A stretch of 64,000 nucleotides of DNA, from assembly GCA_026770705.1 (NCBI GenBank), contig JANJGN010000646.1, forward strand, positions 62,001 to 126,000, written 5' to 3'. The notes beneath the pieces were generated by a model, which saw only the letters and a list, made by a program, of their open reading frames with translations, was not told where the DNA came from and ran no database searches. Below are positions 25,146-39,169 of the stretch, piece by piece. Every line of letters begins with the position of its first letter. The stretch's first letter is position 1. Origin of the DNA: Isurus oxyrinchus. Lineage: Eukaryota. Both the position numbers and the translations under genes were made by a program.

Positions 25146-25292
25146 NNNNNNNNNNNNNNNNNNNNNNNNNNNNNNNNNNNNNNNNNNNNNNNNNNNNNNN
25201 NNNNNNNNNNNNNNNNNNNNNNNNNNNNNNNNNNNNNNNNNNNNNNNNNNNNNNNNNNNNNNNNNNNNNNNNNNNNNNNNNNNNNNNNNNNN
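25146..25292. other. Assembly gap (147 N)
   Basis: Run of N. Confidence 0.99.
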
Positions 25293-26706
25293 GTGAGTGT
25301 GTGTCTGTCTATGTACCCTTGTGAGTGAGTGTGTGTGTGTGTGTACATGTGTGCATGTGGATTGTTGCATCTTTATTATAAATGTTATTTAAAAATAGTG
25401 ATCACACAAGCCTGGTTTCTAAGGAACTGAAACTGCAAATAATTTACAGCATAGTGAAACGTACAGGAATAATCTATTTTGAGCTGATGATATATAATTA
25501 TACATGAGGCATGTTGCTAATTTCAAACATCATCTGAAATATGGCAGGTCTGACAGAGCAGCATTCCCTCAGTGCCCACCCTCTGACAGTGCAGCACTCC
25601 CTCATCACTGACCATCTGACAGTGCAGCACTCCCTCAGCGCTCAACCTCCGACAGTGCAGCATTCCCTCATCACTGACCCTCTGACAGTGCAGCACTCTC
25701 TCAGTGCTCACCCTCTGACAGTGCAGCACTCCCTCATCACTGACCCTCTGACAGTGCAGCATTCCCTCAGCGCTCACCCTCTGACAGTGCAGCATTCCCT
25801 CAGTGCTCACCTTCTGACAGTGCAGCATGCCCTTAGCACTGACCGTCTGACAGTGCAGCAATTCTTCAACGCTCACCCTCCAACGGTGCAGCACTCCCTC
25901 AGCACTGACCCTTTGACAGTGTGGCACTCCCTCAGCATTGACCCTCTGGGAGTGCAGCACTCCCTCAGTACTGACCCTCTGGGAGTGCAGCACTCCCTCA
26001 GTACCGACCCACTGGGAGTGCAGCACTCCCTCAGTACTGACCCTCCGACAGTGCAGCACTCCCTCAGTACTGATCTTCCAACAGTGCAGTACTCCCTCAG
26101 CACTCCCTCAATGGGGCGAGTCCATCCGCATTTTGAGCTGAAAACTTGAGATGGTCTCAAAACCCCAACCTTCCATCTCAGAGAGAGAGAGTGCGTTTAT
26201 GTGAGAGAGAGAGACAATGTATGTGTGAGAGACTGAGAGTGTGTATGTGTGAGAGAGCAAAAGAGAGGTAGAGTGTGTGTGCATGAGAGAGGGAGGTAGC
26301 TTGTGTGTGTGAGAGAGAGAGTGTGTGTGAGAGAAAGAGAATGTCTATGAGAGTGAGAGAGAGTTTATCTGTGAGAGATAAAGATAATGAGAGAATGTAT
26401 GTGTGAGATAGTGTGTTTGTGAAAGAGCGTGTGTGAGTGTGTTTGTGTATGTGAGAGTGTGTGTGTGAGATCGTGTGTGTGTGTGTGTGTGTTTGAGAGA
26501 GAGGGTGTGTGTTTGAGAGGGAGTGTGCGAGAGAGAGATGGTATGCGTGTTTGAGAGAAAGGGAGATTGTGCGTTTGAGAGAGGGAGTAAGAGAGAACAT
26601 GTGTGTGAGAGAGAGAGTGTGTGTGTGTATGTGTGTGCGTGAAAGAGAAAGTGTTTGTGCAAAAGAGTGTGTGTTTGAGAGTATGTGTGCATGTGTGTGT
26701 GTGTGT

Positions 26707-26742
<36 letters not shown>

Positions 26743-27029
26743 ATTCTGACTGAGCCGAGTTCACAGTTACACACGTTGCTAGGGACCATTTTTCCGCCTC
26801 TCTGTCAGACGGTGTGTATCTGACAGCAGGTCAGGCAGAAATAGTCCAGAATGCACTGTGGTTTTGTAGCATTGAAACAACGACATGAACTAAATGAGTG
26901 CTGCACCAAATAAAGACATGGAGTGACCACACCAAAAAACCACGTGACTTCCCCAGTTTCACATCTCCCTCAAACACAGAAAAACTGGGTTAACACTGAC
27001 CCTCCTCCCAGAGCCAGTTCACCTCGTGT

Positions 27030-27174
27030 CCGATGCAGTCAGGAGAGGAAGATCATCTCTCCTCCGATCCTGCTAAACTGAACATTTCCAGAATTAGATC
27101 AGCTCCCTGAAGTGTCTCCAGTTAGACATTCATCTGACAGGATTGACTCTACAACCCTGGGGACTCATTCTCCT
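27030..27174 (+). other. Duplicated putative non-coding first exon (gene C)
   Basis: Inverted copy of 8572-8720 with donor tcct|gtaagt. Upstream gacttccccagtttca resembles an Ets/IRF-type site. Confidence 0.35.
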
Positions 27175-28799
27175 GTAAGTAAAACACTTGCTGCTCCTGT
27201 CAAATCTCTTCTGTACAGCATGGTCTCTGGATGTCCCAGAACACTTTACAAGTGAGTTCACCCTTTTTTCGAAGTGTGGTTACTGTTGTAATGTAGGAAA
27301 CGCAGCAGCCAATTAGCGCACAGCAAGCTCCCACAAACAGCAATGTGATCATCTGTTTTTAGTGATGTTGGTTGAGGGATAAATATTGGTGCCAGGACAC
27401 CGGGGAGATCTCCCCCCTGCTCTTCCTCCAAATAGTGGCTGTGGGATCTTTCACACCCGCCCGAGAGGGCAGACGGGGTTTCGGTTTAGTGTCTAATATT
27501 GGACTAATCTCCAGGCGAGGTTGGCTGGATGGATTATTGACAAGGTCCATTCACCCTGTAAAGAGTTTCTCTGGTTTGAAATACCCGATCAAACATCGAG
27601 TTCTGTGTCTAAACCTTGTGTTGAAAAGACACCTTTCCAGCTCTTCACCTGCCATTAGCTTGTTGAGTCTTCACATGCTCCGTCTGTCCGTGACCAACCC
27701 CTCTTAGCTCATCCTTTCCTTGTCGTACATCGAGCTGTTCATCCTGACGGGTTCCCTCCTTCCCAGTAACACTCCAACTCCGACATCAAACTAACTCCCA
27801 ACACGTTGATGAATTGTATGGATTCCAGCGTCAGTTGGTTCTGTCTGAGGCTGTTTCTCTGATCGGGGACCGAGCTGTTCTGAACGGACATTGTGTTCAG
27901 CAGTTCTTATTGCAGATCAGGCTGTTCAACCAATGCTGCTGTTCACTGAGGTGACTCCGATTCTACATTCACACATTAATGATCTCATGTCCAGCAGCAA
28001 ACATCTGAATGAAGCAAGGTTCAAGAAAAATCCCAGCTGCTTGATCCGACAGTTATCTGTTCAGGCATGGCCCCTTGTTCCAAATAACAAACATTATTTA
28101 AAAATAGTCATCACATGAGCCTGGTTAACAAGGAAATGAAACCATGAACAATTTGCAGTAAAGTGAAACATACAGGACAATCTATTTATATTGAGCTGAT
28201 GATATAGAATGTTACACGAGGCATGTTGCTAATTTCAAACATCATGTGAATTACGGCAGTTCTGACAGTGCAGCACTCCCTCAGTACTGACCCTCTGACA
28301 GTGCAGCACTCCCTCAATGCTGACCCTCCGACAGTGCAGCACTCCCTCAGTACCGACCCTCTGACAGTGCAGCACTCCCTCAGTACTGACCCTCTGACAG
28401 TGCAGCACTCCCTCAGTACCGACCCTCTTGACAGTGCAGCACTCCCTCAGTACTGACCATACTACAGTGCAGCACTCCCTCAGTACTGACCCTCTGACAG
28501 TGCAGCACCCCCTCAGTACTGACCCTCTGACAGTGCAGCACTCCCTCAGTACTGACCCCCAAATAGTGCAGCACTCCCTAAGTACTGATACTCTGACAGT
28601 GCAGCACTCCCTCAGTACTGACCGTACTACAGTGCAGCACCCCCTCAGTACTGCCCCTCTGACAGTGCAGCAGTCCCTCAGTACTGACCGTACGACAGTG
28701 CAGCACTCTCTCAGTACTGACCCAAGACAGTGCAGCAACCCCTCTGTACTGATCCTCTGGCAGTGCAGCACTCCCCCAGTACTGACCCACTGACAGTGC

Positions 28800-31700
28800 C
28801 CATTCAGTCCCTTGAGCCTTTTACTCAGGAACAGCAGGTGGCCCATTCAGGCGCTCGATCCTGTTATGCAGGAAGAGGAGGATGCCAATTCATCTCCATG
28901 TACCTGTTACATAGGAACAGGAGGAGGACCATTCAGCCCCTCGAGCCTGTTACACAGGAACAGGAGGAGGACCATTCAGCCCCTCGAGCCTGTTAACAGG
29001 AAAAGGAGGAGGCCCATTCAGCCCCTCGAGCCTGTTACACAGGAACAGGAGGCCCATTCAGCCCCTTGAGCCTGTTACACAGGAACAGGAGGAGGCCCAT
29101 TCAGCCACACAAACCGGTTACACGAGAACTGGAGGAGGCCTAGTTAGCCTCATGAGCCTGTTACACAGGAACAGGAAGAGACACATTCAGCCCCTCAAGT
29201 CTCTTAGATAGGAACCGGTGGAGGCCCATTCAGCTCCCTCGATCCTTTTACACAGAAACAGGAGGAGGCCCATTTTGTTCACTTGGGCCTGTTACACAGG
29301 AACACGAAACCCATTCAGTCCCATCAAGCTTGTTTCAAGCAAAGAGGAGGAAGCCCACTCAGCCCCTCGAGGCTTTTACACAAGAACAAGTGGAGGTCCA
29401 CTCAGCCCCTCAACCCTGTTACACAGGAACAGGAGAACCATTCATTCCCTCAAGCCTGTTATGCAGGAACAGGAGGAGGCCCTTTCAGTCCCAGGAGCCT
29501 GTTATACGGGAACAAGAGGAGGCCCATTCAGCCCCCTCGAGCCTGTTACACAGGAACAGGAGGAGGCCCATTCACCCCCTCAAGCCTGTTACACAGGAAC
29601 AGGAGGAGGCCCATTCTGTTCACTAAAGCCGGTAACAGGAACACGAGACCCATTCAGCCCCTCAACCCTGTTACACAGGAACAGGAGGAGGCCCACTCAG
29701 CCCCTCGAGACTTTTGCACAAGAACATGTGGAGGTCCACCCAGCCCTCAAACATGTTACACAGTAACAGGAGAACCATTCATTCCCTCGAGCCTGTTACA
29801 CAGGAACAGGAGGAGGCCCATTCAGCCCCTGAAGCCTGTTATAGAGAAAAGCCGGAGGCCCATTCGGCCCCTCGAGCATGTTACACAGGAACAGGAGGAA
29901 GTCCATTCAGCCCTCTCGATCCTTTCACGCAGGAACAGGAAGAGGCCCATTCTGTTCTTTGGGGCCTGTTACTCAGGAACATGAGACCCATTAAGTCTCA
30001 TCAAGCATGTTACACAGGAACTGGAGTAGGCCCCTTCAGCCCCTCAAGCTTGTTTCAAGAGAAGAGGAGGAGGCCCACTCAGCCCCTCGAGGCTTTTACA
30101 CAAGAACAAGTGGAGGTCCACTCAGCCACTCAACCCTGTTACACTGGAAAAGGAGGAGGTCCATTCAGCCACATGAGCCTGTTACTTGTGAACAGAAGCA
30201 GGCTCACCAAGATCCTCGAGCCAGTTTCACAGGAACAGGAGGAGGCCCATTCAGTCTCTTGAGCCTGTTACACAGGAACAAGACGAAGCCCATTCAGCCC
30301 CTCAAGCCTGTTACACAGGAACAGGAGGAGGCCCATTCATTCCCTCGAGCCTGTTACACAGGAACAGGAGGAGGCCCATTCAGTTCCTCAAGCTTGTTGT
30401 AATAGAAGAGGAGGAGGCCCATTCAGCCCCTCGAGCCTGTTACACAGGAACAGGAGGAGGCCCATTCAGTCCCTCGAACCTGTTACACAGGAACAGGAGG
30501 AGGCCCATTCAGCCACTCGAAGCTGTTACACAAGAACAGGAGGAGGCCCATTCAGCCCCGCAAGCCTGTTACACAGCAACAGGAGGAGGCCCATTCAGCC
30601 CCTCAAGCTTGTTTCAGGAGAAGAGGCGGAGTCCCACTCAGAGCCTCGAGGCCTTTACACAAGAACAACTGGAGGAACACTCAGCCTCTCAATCCTGTTA
30701 CACAGTAACAGGAGAACCATTCAGCCCCTCGAGCCTGTTTCAAAAGAACAGGAGGAGGCCCATTTGTCTCCATGAACCTGTTACTCAGGAAAAGGAGGAG
30801 GCCCATTTGCCTCATGAGCCTGTTACACAGGAACAAGTGGAGGTCCACTTAGCCCCTCAACCATGTTACACAGTAACAGGAGAACCATTCATTTCCTCGA
30901 GACTGTTACACAAGAACAGGAGGAGGCCCATTCAGCCCCTCGAGCCTGTTACACAGGAACAGCACAACCATTCATTCCCTCGAGACTGTTACACAGGAAC
31001 AGGAGGAGGCCCATTCAGTCCCTCGAGTCTGTTACACAGGAACAGGAAGAGGCCCATTCTGTCCCCTTGAACCTGTTACACAGGAACAGGAGGAGGCCAT
31101 TCAGCCCCTCAAGCCTGTTACACAGGAACAGGAGGAGGCCCATTCAGCTCCTCAAGCTTGTTGTAATAGAAGAGGAGGAGGCCTACTCATCCAAACGAGG
31201 CTTTTTCACAAGAACAAGTGGAGGTACATTCAGCCTCTCAGCCCTGTTATACAATAACAGGAGAACCATTCTTTCCCTCAAGCCTGATAAACAGGAACAG
31301 GAGGAGGCCCATTCAGCCCCTCGAGCCTGTTACACAGGAACAGGACAACCATTCATTTCCTCGAGACTGTTACACAGGAACAGGAGGAGGCCCATTCAGC
31401 CCGTCGAGCCTGTTACACAGGAACAGGACAACCATTCATTTCCTCGAGTCTGTTACACAGGAACAGGAGGAGACCCATTCAGCCCCTCGAGCCTGTTACA
31501 CAGGAACAGGAGGAGGCCCATTCAGTCCCCTTGAACCTGTTACACAGGAACAGGAGGAGGCCCATTCAGCCCCTCAAGCCTGTTACACAGGAACAGAAGG
31601 AGGCCCATTCAGCCCCCTCGAGCCTGTTACACAGGAACAGGAAGAGGCCCATTCAGTCCCCTTGACCCTGTTACACAGGAACAGGAGGAGGCCCATTCAG

Positions 31701-34700
31701 CCCCTCAAGCCTGTTACACAGGAACAGGAGGAGGCCCATTCAGCTCCTCAAGCTTGTTGTAATAGAAGAGGAGGAGGCCTACTCATCCAAATGAGGCTTT
31801 TACACAAGAACAAGTGGAGGACCACTCAGCCCCTCAACCCTGTTACACAATAACAGGAGAACCATTCATTCCCTCAAGCCTGATACACAGGAACAGGAAG
31901 AGGCCCATTCAGCCCCTCAAGCCTGTTACACTGGACCATGAGGAGTCTCATTCATTCCCTCGAGCCTGTTACACAGGAACAGGAGGAGGCCCATTCAGCC
32001 CCTCGACCCTGTTACACAGGAACATGAGGATTCACATTCATTCCCTCAAGCCTGTTACACAGGAACAGGAGGAGGCCCATTCAGCCCCTCAACCCTGTTA
32101 CACAGGAACAGGAAGAGGCCCATTCAGCCCCCTCGAGCCTGTTACACAGGAACAGGATGAGGTCCATTCAGCCCCTCGAGCCTGTTTCAAAAGAACAGGA
32201 GGAGGCCCATTCGTCTCCATGAACCTGTTACTCAGGAACAGGAGGAGGCCCATTTGCCTCATGAGCCTGTTACACAGGAACAAGTGGAGGTCCACTTAGC
32301 CCCTCAACCATGTTACACAGTAACAGGAGAACCATTCAGTCCCTCGAGTCTGTTACACAGGAACAGGAGGAGGCCCATTCAGTCCCCTTGACCCTGTTAC
32401 ACAGGAACAGGAGGAGGTCCATTCAGCCCCTCAAGCCTGTTACACAGGAACAGGAGGAGGCCCATTCAGCCCCTCAACCCTGTTACACAGGAACAGGAGG
32501 AGGCCCATTCAGCTCCTCAAGCTTGTTGTAATAGAAGAGGAGGAGGCCTACTCATCCAAACGAGGCTTTTACACAAGAACAAGTGGAGGCCCACTCAGCC
32601 CCTCAACCCTGTTACACAGTAACAGGAGAACCATTCATTCCCTCAAGCCTGTTATATAGGAACAGGAGAACCATTCATTCCCTCGAGCCTGATACACAGG
32701 AACAGGAGGAGGCCCATTTAGACCCCTCGAGCCTGTTACACAGGAACAGGAAGAGGCCATTCATCCCCTCGACCCTGTTACACAGGAACAGGAGGAGGCC
32801 CATTCAGCCCCTCGATCCTGTTACACAGGAACAGGAGGAGGCCCATTCAACCCCCTCGACCCTGTTACACAGGAACAAGAAGAGGCCCATTCAGCCCCCT
32901 CGAGCCTGTTACACAGGAAGAGGATGAGGTCCATTCAGCCCCTCGAGCCTGTTTCAAAAGAACAGGAGGAGGCCCATTCGTCTCCACGAACCTGTTACTC
33001 AGGAACAGGAGGAGGCCCATTTGCCTCATGAGCCTGTTACACAGGAACAAGTGGAGGTCCACTTAGCACCTCAAACATGTTACACAGTAACAGGAGAACC
33101 ATTCATTTCCTCGAGACTGTTACACAGGAACAGGAGGAGGCCCATTCAGCCCCTCGAGCCTGTTACACAGGAACAGCACAAACATTCATTCTCTCGAGAC
33201 AGTTACACAGGAACAGGAGGAAGCCCATTCAGTACCTCGAGTCTGTTACACAGGAACAGGAAGAGGCCCATTCAGTCTCTCGAACCTGTTACACAGGAAC
33301 ATGAGACCCATTCAATCCCATCAAGCTTGTTACACAGGAACTGGAGGAGGCCCATTCAGACCCTCAAGCTTGTTTCAGGAGAAGAGGCGGAGTCCCACTC
33401 AGCCCCTCGTGGCTTTTACACTGGAACAAGTGGAGGACCACTCAGCCCCTCAAACCTGTTACACAGGAACAGGAGAGCCATTCATTCCCGCGAGCCTGTT
33501 ACACAGGAACAGGAGGAGGCCCATTCAGTCCCTCGAGTCTGTTACACAGGAACAGGAGGAGACCCATTCAGCCCCTCAAGCATGTTACACAGGAACAGAA
33601 GGAGGCCCATTCAGCCCCCTCGAGCCTGTTACACAGGAACAGGAAGAGGCCCATTCAGTCCCCTTGACCCTGTTACACAGGAACAGGAGGAGGCCCATTC
33701 AGCCCCTCAAGCCTGTTACACAGGAACAGGAGGAGGCCCATTCAGCTCCTCAAGCTTGTTGTAATAGAAGAGGAGGAGGCGTACTCATCCAAATGAGGCT
33801 TTTACACAAGAACAAGTGGAGGACCACTCAGCCCCTCAACCCTGTTACACAATAACAGGAGAACCATTCATTCCCTCAAGCCTGATACACAGGAACAGGA
33901 GGAGGCCCATTCAGCCCCTCAAGCCTGTTACACTGGACCATGAGGAGTCTCATTCATTCCCTCAAGCCTGTTACACAGTAAAAGGAGAACCATTCATTCC
34001 CTCGAGCCTGTTACACAGGAACAGGAGGAGGCCCATTCAGCCCCTCGACCCTGTTACACAGGAACATGAGGAGTCTCATTCATTCCCTCAAGCCTGTTAC
34101 ACAGGAACAGGAGGAGGCCCATTTGCCTCATGAGCCTGTTACACAGGAACAAGTGGAGGTCCACTTAGCACCTCAACCATGTTACACAGTAACAGGAGAA
34201 CCATTCAGTCCCTCGAGTCTGTTACACAGGAACAGGAGGAGGCCCATTCAGTCCCCTTGACCCTGTTACACAGGAACAGGAGGAGGTCCATTCAGCCCCT
34301 CAAGCCTGTTACACAGGAACAGGAGGAGGCCCATTCAGCCCCTCAAGCCTGTTACACAGGAACAGGAGGAGGCCCATTCAGCTCCTCAAGCTTGTTGTAA
34401 TAGAAGAGGAGGAGGCCTACTCATCCAAACGAGGCTTTTACACAAGAACAAGTGGAGGCCCACTCAGCCCCTCAACCCTGTTACACAGTAACAGGAGAAC
34501 CATTCATTCCCTCAAGCCTGTTATACAGGAACAGGAGAACCATTCATCCCCTTGACCCTGTTACACAGGAACAGGAGGAGGCCCATTCAGCCCCTCGAGC
34601 CTGTTACACAGGAACAGGAGGAGGCCCATTCAACCCCCTCGACCCTGTTACACAGGAACAAGAAGAGGCCCATTCAGCCCCCTCGAGCCTGTTACACAGG

Positions 34701-37700
34701 AACAGGATGAGGTCCATTCAGCCCTTCGAGCCTGTTTCAAAAGAACAGGAGGAGGCCCATTCGTCTCCACGAACCTGTTACTTAGGAACAGGAGGAGGCC
34801 CATTTGCCTCATGAGCCTGTTACACAGGAACAAGTGGAGGTCCACTTAGCCCCTCAACCATGTTACACAGTAACAGGAGAACCATTCATTTCCTCGAGAC
34901 TGTTACACAGGAACAGGAGGAGGCCCATTCAGCCCCTCGAGCCTGTTACACAGGAACAGCACAAACATTCATTCCCTCGAGACTGTTACACAGGAACAGG
35001 AGGAAGCCCATTCAGTACCTCGAGTCTGTTACACAGGAACAGGAAGAGGCCCATTCAGTCCCTCGAACCTGTTACACAGGAACATGAGACCCATTCAATC
35101 CCATCAAGCTTGTTACACAGGAACTGGAGGAGGCCCATTCAGACCCTCAAGCTTGTTTCAGGAGAAGAGGCGGAGTCCCACTCAGCCCCTCGTGGCTTTT
35201 ACACTGGAACAAGTGGAGGACCACTCAGCCCCTCAAACCTGTTACACAGGAACAGGAGAGCCATTCATTCCCGCGAGCCTGTTACACAGGAACAGGAGGA
35301 GGCCCATTCAGTCCCTCAAGCCTGTTACACAGAAACAGGAGGAGGCCCATTCAGCCCCCTCGAGCTTGTTACACAGGAACAGGAGGAGGTCCATTCAGCC
35401 CCCCTGAGACTGTTACACAGGAACAGGAGGAGGCCATTCAGCCCCTCAAGCCTGTTACACAGGAACAGGAGGAGGCCCATTCAGCTCCTCAAGCTTGTTG
35501 TAATAGAAGAGGAGGAGGCCTACTCATCCAAACGAGGCTTTTACACAAGAACAAGTGGAGGTCCATTCAGCCCCTCAGCCCTGTTACACAATAACAGGAG
35601 AACCATTCTTTCCCTCAAGCCTGATACACAGGAACAGGAGGAGGCCCATTCAGCCCCTCGAGCCTGTTACACAGGAACAGGACAACCATTCATTCCCTCG
35701 AGCCTGTTACACAGGAACAGGAGGAGGCCCATTCAGCCCCTCGAGCCTGTTACACAGGAACAGGAGGAGGCCCGTTCAGTCCCTCGAGCCTGTTACACAG
35801 GAACAGGAGGAGGCCCATTCAGCCCCCTTGAACCTGTTACACAGGAACAGGAAGAGGCCCATTCAGTCCCCTTGACCCTGTTACACAGGAACAGGAGGAG
35901 GCCCATTCAGCCCCTCAAGCCTGTTACACAGGAACAGGAGGAGGCCCATTGAGCCCCTCGAGCCTGTTACACAGGAACAGGAGGAGGCCCATTCAGTCCC
36001 TCGAACCTGTTACACAGGAACATGAGACCCATTCAATCCCATCAAGCTTGTTACACAGGAACTGGAGGAGGCCCATTCAGACCCTCAAGCTTGTTTCAGG
36101 AGAAGAGGCGGAGTCCCACTCAGCCCCTCGTGGCTTTTACACTGGAACAAGTGGAGGACCACTCAGCCCCTCAACCCTGTTACACAGGAACAGGAGAGCC
36201 ATTCATTCCCGCGAGCCTGTTACACAGGAACAGGAGGAGGTCCATTCAGTCCCTCAAGCCTGATACACAGAAACAGGAGGAGGCCCATTCACCCTCCTCG
36301 AGCTTGTTACACAGGAACAGGAGGAGGTCCATTCAGCCCCCCTGAGACTGTTACATAGGAACAGGAGAACCATTCTTTCCCTCAAGCCTGATACACAGGA
36401 ACAGGAGGAGGCCCATTCAGTCCCTCGAGCCTGTTACACAGGAACAGGAGGAGGCCCATTCAGCCCCTCGAGCCTGTTACACAGGAACAGGAGGAGGTCC
36501 ATTCAGTCCCTCAAGCCTGTTACACAGAAACAGGAGGAGGCCCATTCAGCCCCCCTGAGACTGTTACACAGGAACAGGAGAACCATTCAGTCCCTCGAGA
36601 CTGTTACACAGAAACAGGAGGAGGCCCATTCAGTCCCTCGAGCCTGTTACACAGGAACAGGAGGAGGCCCATTCAGCCCCTCGAGCCTGTTACACAGGAA
36701 CAGGAGGAGGTCCATTCAGCCCCCCTGAGACTGTTACACAGGAACAGGAGGAGGCCATTCAGCCCCTCGAGCCTGTTACACAGGAACAGGACAACCATTC
36801 ATTCCCTCGAGACTGTTACACAGGAACAGGAGGAGGCCCATTCAGCCCCTCGAGCCTGTTACACAGGAACAGGAGGAGGCCCATTCAGCCCCTCGAGACT
36901 GTTACACAGGAACAGGAGGAGGCCCATTCAGCCCCTCGAGCCTGTTACACAGGAACAGGTGGAGGCCCGTTCAGTCCCTCGAGCCTGTTACACAGGAACA
37001 GGAGGAGGCCCATTCAGCCCCCTTGAACCTGTTACACAGGAACAGGAAGAGGCCCATTCACTCCCCTTGACCCTGTTACACAGGAACAGGAGGAGGCCCA
37101 TTCAGCCCCTCAAGCCTGTTACACAGGAACAGGAGGAGGCCCATTCAGTCGCTCGAGCCTGTTACACAGGAACTGGTGGAGACCCATTCAGACCCTCAAG
37201 CTTGTTTCAGGAGAAGAGGCGGAGTCCCACTCAGCCCCTCGTGGCTTTTACACTGGAACAAGTGGAGGACCACTCAGCCCCTCAACCCTGTTACACAGGA
37301 ACAGGAGAGCCATTCATTCCCGCAATCCTGTTACACAGGAACAGGAGCAGGTCCATTCAGTCCCTCAAGCCTGTTACACAGAAACAGGAGGAGGCCCATT
37401 CAGCCCCCTCGAGCTTGTTACACAGGAACAGGAGGAGGTCCATTCAGCCCCCCTGAGACTGTTACACAGGAACAGGAGAACCATTCAGTCCCTTGAGACT
37501 GTTACACAGGAACAGGAGGAGGCCCATTCAGCCCCTCGAGCCTGTTACACAGGAACAGGAGGAAGCCCATTCAGCCCCTCGAGCCTGTTACACAGGAACA
37601 GGAGGAGGTCCGTTCAGTCCCTCGACCCTGTTACACAGGAACTTGTGGAGGCCCATTCTGTTCGTTGGGGCCTGTTACTCAGGAACATGAGACCCATTAA

Positions 37701-38345
37701 GTCTCATCAAGCATGTTACACAGGAACTGGAGTAGGCCCCTTCAGCCCATCAAGCTTGTTTCAAGAGAAGAGGTGGAAGCCCACTCAGCCCCTCGAGGCT
37801 TTTACACAAGAACAAGTGGAGGTCCACTCAGCCCCTCAACCCTGTTACACAGTAACAGGAGAACCATTTATTCCCTCAAGCCTGTTATATAGGAACAGGA
37901 GGAGGTCCATTCAGCCCCCTCGAGCCTGTTACACAGGAACAGGAGGAGGCCCATTCAGCCCCTCAAGCCTGTTACACAGGAACAGGAGGAGGCCCATTAA
38001 CCCCCTTTGAGCCTGTTACACAGGAACAGGAGGAGGCCATTCAGTCCCTCGAGCCTGTTACACAGGAACAGGAGGAGGTCCATTCAGCCCCCTCGAGCCT
38101 GTTACACAGGAACAGGAGGAGGCCCATTCAGTCCCAGGAGCCTGTTATACGGGAACAAGAGGAGGCCCATTCAGCCCCCTCGAGCCTGTTGCACAGGAAC
38201 AGGAGGAGGCCCATTCAGCCCCCTCGAGCCTGTTGCACAGGAACAGGAGGAGGCCCATTCATCTCCCTGAACATGTTACACAGGAACAGGAGGCCCATTC
38301 AGCCCCTTGCCCCTCTGACACAGGAACAGGAGGAGGCCCATTCAG
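28800..38345 (+). repeat. 43-bp minisatellite (acacaggaacaggaggaggcccattcagcccctcgagcctgtt)n, roughly 220 copies, with higher-order blocks
   Basis: Tandem units of 39-44 bp nested within a minus-strand 33-bp array (28260-28800 and 38345-38895). Confidence 0.97.
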
Positions 38346-39169
38346 CAGTCCCTCAGAACTGACACTCTGACAGTGCGGCACTCCCTCAGTACTGACAATC
38401 TGACAGTGCAGCACTCCCTCAGTACTGACCTTCCGACAGTGCAGCACTCCCTCAGTACTGACCCTCTGACAGTGCAGCACTCCCTCAGTACTGACCTTCC
38501 GACAGTGCAGCACTCCCTCAGTACTGACCGTCTGACAGTGCAGCACTCCCTCAGTACTGAACCTCTGACCGTGCAGCGCTTCCTCAGTACTGACCCTATG
38601 ACAGTGCAGCACTCACTCAGTACTGACCTTCTGACAGTGCAGCACTCCCTCAGTACTGACCCTCTGACAGTGCAGCACTCCCTCAGTACTGACCCTCTGA
38701 CAGTGCAGCCCTCTCTCAGTACTGACACTCTGACAGTACAGCCCTCTCTCAGTATTGACCATACGACAGTGCAGCATTCCCTCAGTACTGACCCTCTGAC
38801 AGTGCAGCACTGCCTCAGCACTGACCCTCTGACAGTGCAGCACTGCCTCAGTACTGACCCTCTGACAATGCAGCACTCCCTCAGCACTCCCTTACTGGGG
38901 AGAATCTGCCTGAGTTTTGAGCTGAAATCATGAGCAGGTCTTAAATCCTTCCGTATCAGAGAGAGAGAGAGTGTCTGAGAGAGAGAGAGAGTGAGAGACA
39001 GAGAGACTGTGTGAGAGAGAAAAAGAAATAGAGAGAGTGTGTGCGTGTATGAGGGAGAGTGTGTGTGTGTGTGAGAGAGAATGTGTGTGTGTGAGGGAGA
39101 GAGTGTGGGTGAGAGAGAGTGTGTGTGTGAGAGAGTGTGTGTGAGAGAGAATGTGTGTGTGAGAGAGAG

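Noticed and set aside
10140-25292. Invertible 'flip switch' that would restore gene B by recombination between the inverted arms
   Set aside because: Both arms point their leaders outward, so gene B stays headless in either orientation.
28800-38345. CRISPR-like array or repetitive protein (QEQEEAHSAP)
   Set aside because: Head-to-tail monomers with no unique spacers, no cas genes, a eukaryotic context and constant frame shifting.
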